Counted from the stretch's first letter, positions 7,614 to 16,334 are shown. The stretch: DNA of 27,404 bases from Nanopusillaceae archaeon (GCA_038833255.1 JAWBIX010000002.1:1-27404), one strand, 5' to 3'. Translations and numbers: made by a program. Notes: generated by a model from the letters alone, not told the origin.

Positions 7614-8756
7614 ATGAATATGAATGTAACTCCTTGGGAAGTAAATATAAAATCTGAAGAAGATTACGATAGGTTAATTAAAGAATTTGGTGTAAGTAAA
7701 ATAGATGAAAGTATAATAAAGAATTTAGAAAAAATAGCTGGAAATGTGCATATATTAATAAAAAGAAAATTTTTTTACGCACATAGAGATTTTGATAAAT
7801 TATTAAATTCTTACCTAAAAGGAGAAAGATTCTTTTTATATACTGGAAGAGCGCCTTCAAAAAGTAAAATGCATATAGGACATTTAATACCTTTTATTTT
7901 AACTAAATGGTTTCAAGAAAAATTTAACGCAAATGTTTATATTCAACTCCCAGATGAAGAAAAATATTGGGCTAAAAAAGCAGATAATTATGAAGAAATT
8001 TATAATTACGCTATAGAAGATGCAAAAACTATTGCCGCTCTTGGCTTTGATCCAGACAGAACTTTTATATTTATTAATTCTGTATATATTAAGCATCTTT
8101 ATAAACCTGCAATATATATTGCTAAAGAAATATCTTTAAACGAAGCAAAAAAAGTATTTGGATTCTCAGATTCTGCATCGGTTGGTTTACCTTTTTATAT
8201 TGCCCTACAAATTGCTCCTACATTTTTTGAAAAAAATATACCATTAATTCCCTGTGGAATTGACCAAGACCCTTATTTTAGATTACAAAGAGATATTGCT
8301 GAGAAATTTAATAGAAAAAAGGCAGTTACAATTTTATCAAAATTTGTTTGGGGTTTGCAAGGACCATATACAAAAATGTCCGCATCAAATCCAAAATCAG
8401 CAATATTTGTCGACGATGATTTTGAGACAATAAAACAGAAAATATATAAATATGCTTTCTCCGGTGGTGGGGCTACATTGGAGGAACATAGAAAATTTGG
8501 AGGAAAACCAGAAATAGATGTTTGTTTTTTCTGGTTGTCTATTTTCTTTGAAGAGAATGACAAAAAATTAAAAGAAATTGAAGAAAAATATAGAAGTGGT
8601 GAGCTGACAACTGGAGAATTGAAGGAATATACTGCAAATAAAATATGGAACTTTTTAAAGGAAATACAAAAAAACAGAAACAAAATAAATTTAGATAAAT
8701 ATATGTTTGATGGGAAGTTGGCTTCAGAAATGTGGAATTGGGAATTTAAAATATGA
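7614..8756 (+). CDS. trpS: Tryptophanyl-tRNA synthetase (archaeal/eukaryotic type)
   Basis: The N-terminal VTPWEV...DYDRLIKEFG is typical of TrpRS. It has the class I HIGH motif (KMHIGHLIPF) and a KMSKS-type motif (KMSAS). Confidence 0.85.
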   Translation: MNMNVTPWEVNIKSEEDYDRLIKEFGVSKIDESIIKNLEKIAGNVHILIKRKFFYAHRDFDKLLNSYLKGERFFLYTGRAPSKSKMHIGHLIPFILTKWFQEKFNANVYIQLPDEEKYWAKKADNYEEIYNYAIEDAKTIAALGFDPDRTFIFINSVYIKHLYKPAIYIAKEISLNEAKKVFGFSDSASVGLPFYIALQIAPTFFEKNIPLIPCGIDQDPYFRLQRDIAEKFNRKKAVTILSKFVWGLQGPYTKMSASNPKSAIFVDDDFETIKQKIYKYAFSGGGATLEEHRKFGGKPEIDVCFFWLSIFFEENDKKLKEIEEKYRSGELTTGELKEYTANKIWNFLKEIQKNRNKINLDKYMFDGKLASEMWNWEFKI

Positions 8757-9898
8757 AAATAAAAGAAAATCCTGAAGATTTTTACGTAAAAGAAATAATA
8801 GATCTAAAATCTAAAAATTTAGGAACAAAATATGCTTATTTCTTGATGTGGAAAAAAAATTTAAGTACCATTAGAGCGATAAAAATTGTTGCTAAGAATT
8901 TAAAAATATCAAAAAAAAGAATATTTTTTGCCGGGGAAAAAGATAAAAAAACTATATCTGAACAATACATTGCAATAGAAAATTTAAAAGAATTTAAAGA
9001 TAGATATGATTTTGGAAATGTAAAACTAAGATATATTGGAAGTTTTGATAACCCTATAAGAATATCAGATATCGTTGAAAATTACTTTTCTATAAAAATA
9101 AGAGATGTAGAAGAAAAAGAGTTTGAAATATTTAAAGAAAATTTAAAAATATTCAAAGATTTATTTTTTAATTATTTTGATGAACAGAGATTTGGAAGTA
9201 TTAGATATATAAATCATCTTGTTGGAAAAGAAATAATAAATAGAAATTGGGAGGAAGCAATAAAAATAATCCTAACATTTTATTCTGATAAAGAGAACGA
9301 AAAAGCAAAATTTGCTAGAAAATGGCTAAAAGAAAATTGGGGAAAATTTAAAGAAGCAATAAAATATTACCCTAAATGGTTAGATATAGAACTGAGTATA
9401 TTAAATTCTTTAATAAAAAATGGAAATTATCGTAAAGCATTTAAGAGCATTCACAAAAGATTGTTAAAATTATTCTTACATTCCTACCAATCTTATATAT
9501 GGAATCTTATTTTATCTAAATACATAGAGGAAAAATCTAAAAATATAGCGAAAATCAAAATTGCCGAAGATTATTTTTACATATCAAAAGACAAGGAAAC
9601 TATAGAAAAATTAAAAAATAAATCATTAGATTTAATAGGATATAATTTAAAAGAATATGAAATAGATAGTGAATTTAGAGAAATCTATATAAATATATTA
9701 AAAAATGAAAATATTAATCTTAAAGATCTTTATTTCGAAAACAAACCATCTCTTGCCTTAAAAAGTATTAAAAGAGAAGTATTATCAAATGTAAGAGATT
9801 TAAAATATGATATAAAAGATAATTCTATAATATTAAATTTTTACTTAAAAAAAGGAAGTTATGCTACAATATTTATAAAGCATTTATTTACCAAATAA
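8753..9898 (+). CDS. truD: tRNA pseudouridine synthase TruD/Pus7 family
   Basis: It has the N-terminal PEDFYVKEI and the NYFDEQRFG motif (the TruD catalytic Asp region). It shares an ATGA overlap with trpS. Confidence 0.8.
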   Translation: MKIKENPEDFYVKEIIDLKSKNLGTKYAYFLMWKKNLSTIRAIKIVAKNLKISKKRIFFAGEKDKKTISEQYIAIENLKEFKDRYDFGNVKLRYIGSFDNPIRISDIVENYFSIKIRDVEEKEFEIFKENLKIFKDLFFNYFDEQRFGSIRYINHLVGKEIINRNWEEAIKIILTFYSDKENEKAKFARKWLKENWGKFKEAIKYYPKWLDIELSILNSLIKNGNYRKAFKSIHKRLLKLFLHSYQSYIWNLILSKYIEEKSKNIAKIKIAEDYFYISKDKETIEKLKNKSLDLIGYNLKEYEIDSEFREIYINILKNENINLKDLYFENKPSLALKSIKREVLSNVRDLKYDIKDNSIILNFYLKKGSYATIFIKHLFTK

Positions 9899-10942
9899 TA
9901 AAACAAAATTTAATATTAGTGCTGCTAAAATTAAATAACTAACTAAAATATGTAATTTTGAAGCTTTCTTATCGTCTTTAATTAGAATATTTAATAATGC
10001 TTTAAGTGCTTGTCCACCATCTAATGTAAATATCGGTAAAGAATTTCCTAAACCAATACCCAAACTTATTATAAATATCCAAAACAATATATTAAATACC
10101 ATTCCAAATTTTACTTCCTGAGCAAAATATAATCCTATAAATGGCTTTCCATCCCTTTCAGATAATTCTATTATATATTTTCCTTTATCAGTAATTAATT
10201 CAATTTTATCACCTGGAGAATAATTACTTAACGCTTCTACTATGTCTTTGTACTCTCTAATTTCTTTATTACCAATAAATAAAACTCTTTCATTTGTCTC
10301 AAAAGAAAGATTTTCAACGTTGGTAACATTCGGAACTTTCCCCACAATATAAACATACGATTCTGAGCTAAGAATATTAGAACTATATAAAATATATATC
10401 AAAAGGGCAACAAATAAAGACAAAAGAATGTTTGCTAATATTCCAGCATTAAAAATAGATATTTGTTTAATTTTATTTAATTTAAATATATCTTCAGATG
10501 GTTCAACAAAGGCTCCAAGAAATGGCCCAAAAAAGAAAATTCCAAAGGATTTTATTTCTATTTTATTTTTTATAATTAATAAAGCATGGGCTAATTCATG
10601 AACTAGAGCTGAAATAAATATTGCTAATATTACTTCAAAAATTGGAAACTTTATTCCATATATTTCTAAACCAGGAATAACCGGAACCACCGTTGGTATT
10701 CTTGCTTTTATACCATAAAAAATAAAGTAAATTGCAACTATCATTGAAATAAACCCTATAGGAATAGCTGCGTATTCAAAAATTTTTATTAATTTAGATT
10801 TACTAATTTTTTCCAGAAAATCTAGTCTATTTCCAATTTTATAAAGACCATATATGTACTTATATTCTACATTTTTCCCAATTTTTTTTAAAAATTGAAA
10901 AAGAGCAGAAAGAAAAAATATATATAATAGTAAAAAATACAT
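9884..10942 (-). CDS. Site-2 protease family (M50) membrane metalloprotease with a PDZ-like insert
   Basis: It has HExxH in a transmembrane segment (VHELAHAL), the C-terminal NSLPIFTLDGG (the NxxPxxxLDG motif) and multiple hydrophobic helices. Confidence 0.8.
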   Translation of the reverse strand: MYFLLLYIFFLSALFQFLKKIGKNVEYKYIYGLYKIGNRLDFLEKISKSKLIKIFEYAAIPIGFISMIVAIYFIFYGIKARIPTVVPVIPGLEIYGIKFPIFEVILAIFISALVHELAHALLIIKNKIEIKSFGIFFFGPFLGAFVEPSEDIFKLNKIKQISIFNAGILANILLSLFVALLIYILYSSNILSSESYVYIVGKVPNVTNVENLSFETNERVLFIGNKEIREYKDIVEALSNYSPGDKIELITDKGKYIIELSERDGKPFIGLYFAQEVKFGMVFNILFWIFIISLGIGLGNSLPIFTLDGGQALKALLNILIKDDKKASKLHILVSYLILAALILNFVLLFGK

Positions 10943-10948
10943 CTTTAA

Positions 10949-11140
10949 CTATTTCGACCCTATTAATACAATTTCTGATCTTTTAGGTCTTAAATCCTTA
11001 GATTTACATTTTCTACATTTTACTTTTCCTAATTTTACTTTAACTGGATCTGCACGTATTCTAGATTTACATTTTCTACATATAAATATTCTTTCAAACT
11101 TTCTTAATTTAACTTCAGGTAATAATCCTGTACTACCCAT
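10949..11140 (-). CDS. rpl40e: Ribosomal protein eL40 (L40e)
   Basis: 63 aa. The pattern ICRKC...(N)...CRKCKSKDLRPKR is the zinc ribbon plus LRPK tail typical of L40e. Confidence 0.7.
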   Translation of the reverse strand: MGSTGLLPEVKLRKFERIFICRKCKSRIRADPVKVKLGKVKCRKCKSKDLRPKRSEIVLIGSK

Positions 11141-11165
11141 TTTCTTTTACATCTTTAGTTAAGAT

Positions 11166-11693
11166 TTAAATTAATTTATACCTTGCTATGTCTAAGTATA
11201 GCGGACCTTCATATCTTAATATACTTTGCTTTAAAGAGAACTCCTCTACAATAAATTCGCCTATATTTGCTGACGATAATTTTTCTAAAGTATGATTATA
11301 ATCTGATCTTGATAATATTTGTTTAATTCTAAGAACAGTAATGTGAGGATAGAAATCTTCCTCATAAAAGCCAAATTTTTTTATAACATTGTCTATTTCT
11401 TTTTTCAACATAATTAGATTATTTGCTCCTTTTTTTACTCCAAACCATAACACTCTATTATTAAAATTTCCAAAACCTCCAATTTCTATATTAAACTTTG
11501 AGAATTTTATATTTTCCAACTCCTTTTTTATTTTTTCTACAATATTCGGCTGTAATTCTCCAAGAAATTTGAGAGTTATATGTAAGTTCTCCTTTTCTAC
11601 AAATTTTCCATGAACTCCCTTAATTTCCTTATAATATGAAACAATTTTGTTTTTTATTTCCTCTGGTAAATCTATTGCTATAAAAACTCTCAT
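11166..11693 (-). CDS. thpR: RNA 2',3'-cyclic phosphodiesterase (2H phosphoesterase, LigT/ThpR family)
   Basis: It has two HxT motifs at the expected spacing (LHITLKFLG and PHITVLR). The length of 175 aa is typical. Confidence 0.8.
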   Translation of the reverse strand: MRVFIAIDLPEEIKNKIVSYYKEIKGVHGKFVEKENLHITLKFLGELQPNIVEKIKKELENIKFSKFNIEIGGFGNFNNRVLWFGVKKGANNLIMLKKEIDNVIKKFGFYEEDFYPHITVLRIKQILSRSDYNHTLEKLSSANIGEFIVEEFSLKQSILRYEGPLYLDIARYKLI

Positions 11694-11698
11694 TTTTA

Positions 11699-12217
11699 TT
11701 ATAATAATAAAAAAGTAATAAAAAAGAGTATTAGAAATATTATAGAAATTTTTTCTTGTATTTCTTTGTATTTGTTGTTAAATAGAGGAATCCTTATTTT
11801 AAAATTACTTAAAGGATAAAATATTTCAACACCTGAAACTGTAAAAATATCTTCTAATATATGCAATGCAAAGGAAAGAGCCAAAATAAAAAATATATTT
11901 GAAAATACAAATTTTAAAAATAAGAAAAGTAAAACAAAATAAATTGAGTGAGTAATTCCTCTATGTTTAAACATTTTTGCTAAAAACTTTAAGAAAAGAT
12001 AATATGGAATTACAAAATAATATATTTTCTTTCTTTCTAATATCGATATTTGTCTATTAGTCCAAGAAGATATTTTATAATCCATATCCGGTATTGTAGA
12101 AAATTTCGCAGTTATTATTGATAACGATAAAGCCGAATATCTGTCAAAATTCATAAACACAAAATATATTATATATGATAATATTAAAGATATCGAAAAG
12201 TGCAGCTTAAGTATCAT
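11699..12217 (-). CDS. Membrane-bound metal-dependent hydrolase family protein (YdjM/DUF457-like)
   Basis: It has four to five transmembrane segments, the HRGITHS motif and a later HxLxD motif (HILED) typical of DUF457. Confidence 0.6.
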   Translation of the reverse strand: MILKLHFSISLILSYIIYFVFMNFDRYSALSLSIITAKFSTIPDMDYKISSWTNRQISILERKKIYYFVIPYYLFLKFLAKMFKHRGITHSIYFVLLFLFLKFVFSNIFFILALSFALHILEDIFTVSGVEIFYPLSNFKIRIPLFNNKYKEIQEKISIIFLILFFITFLLL

Positions 12218-12249
12218 TAATAAAAATACGATAGTTTATAATAAATATT

Positions 12250-12636
12250 ATGACAGATTCTTATGAAAAGATAATAGAAGAACTACTTAGAATAGACGAT
12301 CTAAAAAGAGCTTATGAATCACTCACCGACAAATTAGCTGAAATTTTAAATGAAATAAAAAATATTAATGAGAAAATTTCGAATATTGAAAACAAATTAA
12401 AAAATTTGGAAAAAGATATAGAAGATGTAAGAGAAAATAACAATAAAAAAGTATCTGAAATTAAAGAATGGTTAAATTATTTAAATAAAGAAACAGAAAA
12501 TATAAAAAAAATATTTGAAAGAATAGATAATGAAATAAAAAATATTGGAAACCTCTATACTGAAGAATTTAAAAAGAGAAAGGAGATGGAAATTAGATAT
12601 TCTTTATTATTAGAAAAATTAAAAAATTTAATATGA
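12250..12636 (+). CDS. Coiled-coil hypothetical protein
   Basis: 128 aa with heptad-like Glu/Lys/Asn/Ile-rich sequence throughout. It shares an ATGA overlap with pth2. No family was recognised. Confidence 0.45.
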   Translation: MTDSYEKIIEELLRIDDLKRAYESLTDKLAEILNEIKNINEKISNIENKLKNLEKDIEDVRENNNKKVSEIKEWLNYLNKETENIKKIFERIDNEIKNIGNLYTEEFKKRKEMEIRYSLLLEKLKNLI

Positions 12637-12992
12637 AATACAAACAAGTTATAATTGTAAGAAAAGATTTGAATATTTCTTGCGGAAAAATGTGTGTACA
12701 AGTAGCTCATGCTTCATTAGAAGCTGCTTTATTGTCTAAAAAAGAAATATTAGACAAATGGTTATCTGAAGGAGCTAAAAAGGTTATTTTATCTGTAGAA
12801 AATGAAAAGGAATTGTTAAATTACTATGAATTAGCTAAAAAAAATAATCTAGTTTGTGTTTTAATTAGAGATGCTGGATTAACAGAACTTCCTCCAAATA
12901 CTATAACATGCATTGCAATAGGACCAGATGAAGAAGAAAAAATAGATAAAATAACTGGAAACTTAAAACTTTATTATGGAAATCTCAGATAA
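12633..12992 (+). CDS. pth2: Peptidyl-tRNA hydrolase, archaeal/eukaryotic Pth2 type
   Basis: KQVIIVRKDLNISCGKMCVQVAHASLEA..., a GAKKV-type motif and ...ELPPNTITCIAIGP match Pth2. The size of 119 aa is typical. Confidence 0.85.
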   Translation: MKYKQVIIVRKDLNISCGKMCVQVAHASLEAALLSKKEILDKWLSEGAKKVILSVENEKELLNYYELAKKNNLVCVLIRDAGLTELPPNTITCIAIGPDEEEKIDKITGNLKLYYGNLR

Positions 12993-13320
12993 ATGGATAC
13001 TTGAATATAAAGTAGAACCTATTTTAGATCCAAAATATTCTAAAAAACTTTTAATAACAATAAAAAATCATTCTCCATATATTAAAAAATTTAAAATTTA
13101 TACAGAAAAAATCGAAATTAAAGATCAATTTACTAATTTAAGATTTAGAATGTATTTTACCTTAATTTCTCCATTGATAATATCTATAGAAAAATATAAA
13201 AAAGAAAACATTGAAATAAAAATACCAAGATTAGAGTACGACATTAATGACAAAATATCTATAGTTGTTGAAAATTTAGATAAAAAAGAAATTCAAAGAA
13301 TAGATATAAATCTAAAGTGA
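12976..13320 (+). CDS. Hypothetical protein (beta-rich)
   Basis: 114-aa ORF wedged between pth2 and rnp4 with overlaps at both ends. No motif was recognised. Confidence 0.4.
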   Translation: MEISDKWILEYKVEPILDPKYSKKLLITIKNHSPYIKKFKIYTEKIEIKDQFTNLRFRMYFTLISPLIISIEKYKKENIEIKIPRLEYDINDKISIVVENLDKKEIQRIDINLK

Positions 13321-13604
13321 AAGATATAAAAAAAATAGCAATAAATAGAATCTTTTATTTATATAAAAAAGCTCTAGAAATATTTGATAAAGATCCTAGC
13401 CTTTCTAGAAGGTATATTCAGATTATCCTAGAAATAAAAAAGAAGGCAAAAATAAAAATTATAAAAAATTTAAGAAATAAATTTTGTAAAAAATGTTATA
13501 CTATTTGGATTCCTGGAAAAACTTTATCTATAAGAGTTAGAAATGGAAAAATAATATACAGATGTTTATATTGTGGAAATGTAAAAAGATTTCCAATAAT
13601 GTAA
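13317..13604 (+). CDS. rnp4: RNase P protein component 4 (Rpp21/Rnp4)
   Basis: The N-terminal helical pair is RIFYLYKKALEIF...SRRYIQIILEIKKK. The zinc ribbon is FCKKC...RCLYCG. It starts at GTG, overlapping the upstream stop (GTGA). Confidence 0.75.
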   Translation: MKDIKKIAINRIFYLYKKALEIFDKDPSLSRRYIQIILEIKKKAKIKIIKNLRNKFCKKCYTIWIPGKTLSIRVRNGKIIYRCLYCGNVKRFPIM

Positions 13605-13616
13605 ATAATATTTAGG

Positions 13617-13730
13617 AGCGGGCGGCTTCCGCGATTTCCCGGCTTGCGCCAGTACTATCGCGGACGTGGACCGGTTTAACTTCCGTGTTCGAAATGGGAA
13701 CGGGTGGTTCCCGGTCACTTTGGCCGCCCT
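13617..13730 (-). rRNA. rrf: 5S rRNA (orphan, not linked to 16S/23S in this window)
   Basis: The reverse complement contains the universal 5S core ...CCCATTTCGAACACGGAAGTTAAAC.... Helix I is GGGCGGC/GCCGCCC. It is a GC-rich island. The ends are approximate to within a few nt. Confidence 0.9.
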
Positions 13731-13762
13731 AATTTTTCTATATTTTGAAAAATATTTTTAAA

Positions 13763-13811
13763 TCTGCACGCCCATCTATCATCATTTTTCAGCAATGGGA
13801 TTATTCTTCAT
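13763..13811 (-). ncRNA. Candidate C/D-box sRNA (box-to-box core), about 32 nt upstream of the 5S rRNA on the same strand
   Basis: The minus strand reads ATGAAGA-ataatcccattg(12)-CTGA-aaa-ATGATGA-tagatgggcgtg(12)-CAGA. It has the same box variants and exact 12/3/12 spacing as the element at 978-1026. Confidence 0.55.
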
Positions 13812-13816
13812 ACACA

Positions 13817-13826
13817 TTTATAAATA
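13817..13826 (+). promoter_or_regulatory. TATA-like box for the S17 ribosomal-protein operon
   Basis: tttataaata is centred about 26 nt upstream of the S17 ATG at 13848, which is compatible with a leaderless transcript. Confidence 0.4.
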
Positions 13827-13847
13827 TATTGCTAAATTTTTTGAATA

Positions 13848-14180
13848 ATGAGTCCTTATACTAAAGATATCGGAATTGACGGAATTTCCCCACCAACAAA
13901 TGTTTGTAATGAAAAAAAATGCCCTTGGCATGGAGAGATAAGAATACATGGTTTTTTATTTGAAGGAAAAGTAATAAAATTTAAACATAAAATTGCAAAA
14001 ATAGAAATGTATAGATATGTTTACATTCCAAAATATGAAAGATATGAGAAAAGAAGAAGCACTATAAAAGCATATGTCCCAGAATGTTTATCTGAAATAA
14101 AAGAGGGAGATATTGTTATAATTGGAGAAACAAGGCCATTATCTAAAACAGTAAACTTCGTTGTATTGGGTAAAAAATGA
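13848..14180 (+). CDS. rps17: Ribosomal protein uS17
   Basis: The sequence ...[16 protein letters not shown]...[19 protein letters not shown]...[15 protein letters not shown] matches archaeal S17. Confidence 0.9.
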   Translation: MSPYTKDIGIDGISPPTNVCNEKKCPWHGEIRIHGFLFEGKVIKFKHKIAKIEMYRYVYIPKYERYEKRRSTIKAYVPECLSEIKEGDIVIIGETRPLSKTVNFVVLGKK

Positions 14181-14578
14181 AACCGATATCCGCAAGAGTT
14201 GTTAGGTCATTAAATACGGGAGCTTATTTAAAAGTCGCCGACAACTCAAAAGCAAAGGTTGTACAACTAATTCAGGTTATCGGATATAAAGGTGTTAAAA
14301 GAAGATTAGCAAAAGCTGGAGTTGGAGATTTAATAGTAGTAAGCGTAAAAGAAGGAGATATTTCATTATTGGGTAAAGTTATGAGAGCAATAGTAATAAG
14401 ACAAAGAAAAGAATATAGAAGAGCTGATGGAACTAGAATAAAATTTGAAGATAATGCTTGTGTCTTATTGAAAGATGAAGCAGGAAATTTAGCAGGAACT
14501 ATAATAAGAGGTCCCGTAGCTAAAGAAGCTGTAGAAAGATGGCCAGAAATTGGAAAAATCGCTAGCATCATAGTATAA
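14177..14578 (+). CDS. rpl14: Ribosomal protein uL14
   Basis: The sequence [10 protein letters not shown]...[13 protein letters not shown]...[22 protein letters not shown] is a typical L14. It shares an ATGA overlap with S17. Confidence 0.9.
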   Translation: MKPISARVVRSLNTGAYLKVADNSKAKVVQLIQVIGYKGVKRRLAKAGVGDLIVVSVKEGDISLLGKVMRAIVIRQRKEYRRADGTRIKFEDNACVLLKDEAGNLAGTIIRGPVAKEAVERWPEIGKIASIIV

Positions 14579-14579
14579 A

Positions 14580-15077
14580 ATGGTTTTAAAATTCAAAAAT
14601 ATAGACTACTCTAATTGGTCTAAAAGCTGGAAGTTTTCTAAACAACCTAAAAAACAAAGAAAATATTTAATTAACGCTCCTATACACATAAGAAGAAAAA
14701 TAATGTGTTCTCCTTTGTCAAAAAAAATTAGAGAAATAGCAAAAATAAGAAGTATCCCTATAAGAGTTGGAGATTATGTTAAAATTCTTAGAGGAAAGTT
14801 TAAAAACTTAGAAGGATTTGTAGTAAAAGTTGATGCAAAAAGATATAGAATTTTCATAGATAAGGCAAAATATATTAACAAATCTGGAAAAGAAGTTTAT
14901 TATCCAATACATTACTCCAAAGTAGAAATTTTAAAGTTAAATTTGTCTGATAGAAAAAGAATAGAAATATTAAACAGAAAAATAAAGGATTCTAGAATAG
15001 TAGAAGAGATTATTAAAAACTTTTCTGTTAGTGAAGATGATATAAAAAAGGCTAAAGAAATAGGAAAAAATATATAG
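14580..15077 (+). CDS. rpl24: Ribosomal protein uL24 (KOW), with N- and C-terminal extensions
   Basis: SKQPKKQRKYLINAPIHIRRKIMCSPLSKKIRE plus the KOW motif VGDYVKILRGKFKNLEGFVVKV. At 165 aa it is longer than the roughly 120 aa usual in archaea. Confidence 0.85.
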   Translation: MVLKFKNIDYSNWSKSWKFSKQPKKQRKYLINAPIHIRRKIMCSPLSKKIREIAKIRSIPIRVGDYVKILRGKFKNLEGFVVKVDAKRYRIFIDKAKYINKSGKEVYYPIHYSKVEILKLNLSDRKRIEILNRKIKDSRIVEEIIKNFSVSEDDIKKAKEIGKNI

Positions 15078-15078
15078 A

Positions 15079-15810
15079 ATGGCACATGTATCTGGAACTA
15101 GACATTTAAGAAGAATAGCTGCACCAAAAGAATGGCCAATTCCAAGAAAAGGAAGCTATTGGATTTGTAGACCTTTAACAACAGGAATAAAATTTGAACT
15201 TTGTATGCCAATTGTTTTATGGCTAAGAGACTATTTAAAATTATTTAAAACAAAAAATGAAGTTAAATACGCTTTATCAAAAGGATCTATTACAATAAAC
15301 GGAAAGCCTGTTAAAGATATAAGGTATCCTGCCGGACTTTTTGATACAATTGGAATTATAGATATTGACAAGTATTATAGAGTTACTATGTCTACAAATA
15401 ATAAATTAAAATTAGTAGAAATTTCAAAAGAAGAAGACGGATTAAAAATAATAAAAATAATTAAAAAGACCATGATAAAAAATGGAAAAATACAAATTAC
15501 AGGATTCGATGGAAGAAACTTTTTAACTGACGATAATAATATAAAAACTGGAGATTCGTTATTTGTAGATTTAAAGAATAACGAAATAAAGAAAATATTA
15601 AAATTAAAAACAGAAGCATTGCTATTTTTTTATAAAGGACATAAAGCAGGATCATTTGGTAAACTAAAAGAGCTAAAAATATATAAAAAATGTTTTGGAA
15701 ATACTAGATTTATTATTTACGAAGATCTCGAAACTAAAGAGTTAAAGGAAACTATCGCAGAATATGGAATAGTTGTAGGCGAAGAAAAACCTCTTATTAC
15801 ATTAAAATGA
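15079..15810 (+). CDS. rps4e: Ribosomal protein eS4 (S4e)
   Basis: The N-terminus is MAHVSGTRHLRRIAAPKEWPIPRKGSYW. It is 243 aa and follows L24 in the conserved order. Confidence 0.9.
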   Translation: MAHVSGTRHLRRIAAPKEWPIPRKGSYWICRPLTTGIKFELCMPIVLWLRDYLKLFKTKNEVKYALSKGSITINGKPVKDIRYPAGLFDTIGIIDIDKYYRVTMSTNNKLKLVEISKEEDGLKIIKIIKKTMIKNGKIQITGFDGRNFLTDDNNIKTGDSLFVDLKNNEIKKILKLKTEALLFFYKGHKAGSFGKLKELKIYKKCFGNTRFIIYEDLETKELKETIAEYGIVVGEEKPLITLK

Positions 15811-16334
15811 AATCTGAAAATGTAATGAGAAGAATTGAAATAGATAAAGTTACAATAAACATAGGGGTAGGTAAACCAGGAGAACCATTAGAAAAGGCTG
15901 AAAAGTTATTAATGAAAATGTTTCCAAATAGAAAACCTGTTAGAACAAAGGCAAAAAAAAGAATAGAAGCTTGGGGAATAAGACCAGGATTGGAAATTGG
16001 ATTAAAATTAACTTTAAGAAAAAAAGAAGCAGAAGAAGCATTAAGATGGCTTCTAAAAGCTGTAAACAATACTTTAAAAGAAAGTCAATTTGACGAATTT
16101 GGCAATTTTAGTTTCGGAATAAAAGAGTATGTTTGGATACCAGGATTAAAATATGATCCGGAAATTGGAATGTTTGGAATGGATGTTTGCGTAACTGTAA
16201 AAAGACCAGGATACAGGGTAATGTATAGAAAAATAAAAAAGGCAAAAATACCAAAAAGGCATAGAACTACCAAAGAAGAAGTAATAAAGTTTCTCGAAGA
16301 AAAATTCAAAGTGAAAGTATTAAAAGAAGCTTAA
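15807..16334 (+). CDS. rpl5: Ribosomal protein uL5
   Basis: The sequence MRRIEIDKVTINIGVG...FGIKEY...PEIGMFGMDVCVTVKRPG matches L5. It shares an ATGA overlap with S4e. Confidence 0.9.
   Translation: MKSENVMRRIEIDKVTINIGVGKPGEPLEKAEKLLMKMFPNRKPVRTKAKKRIEAWGIRPGLEIGLKLTLRKKEAEEALRWLLKAVNNTLKESQFDEFGNFSFGIKEYVWIPGLKYDPEIGMFGMDVCVTVKRPGYRVMYRKIKKAKIPKRHRTTKEEVIKFLEEKFKVKVLKEA

Noticed and set aside
12976-13320. The 114-aa ORF next to rnp4 could be another RNase P subunit such as Rpp29/Pop4.
   Set aside because: The sequence lacks the Sm-like Rpp29 pattern that I can recall (a G..G.V..ET.N-type core). It remains hypothetical, and only a profile search could settle the question.
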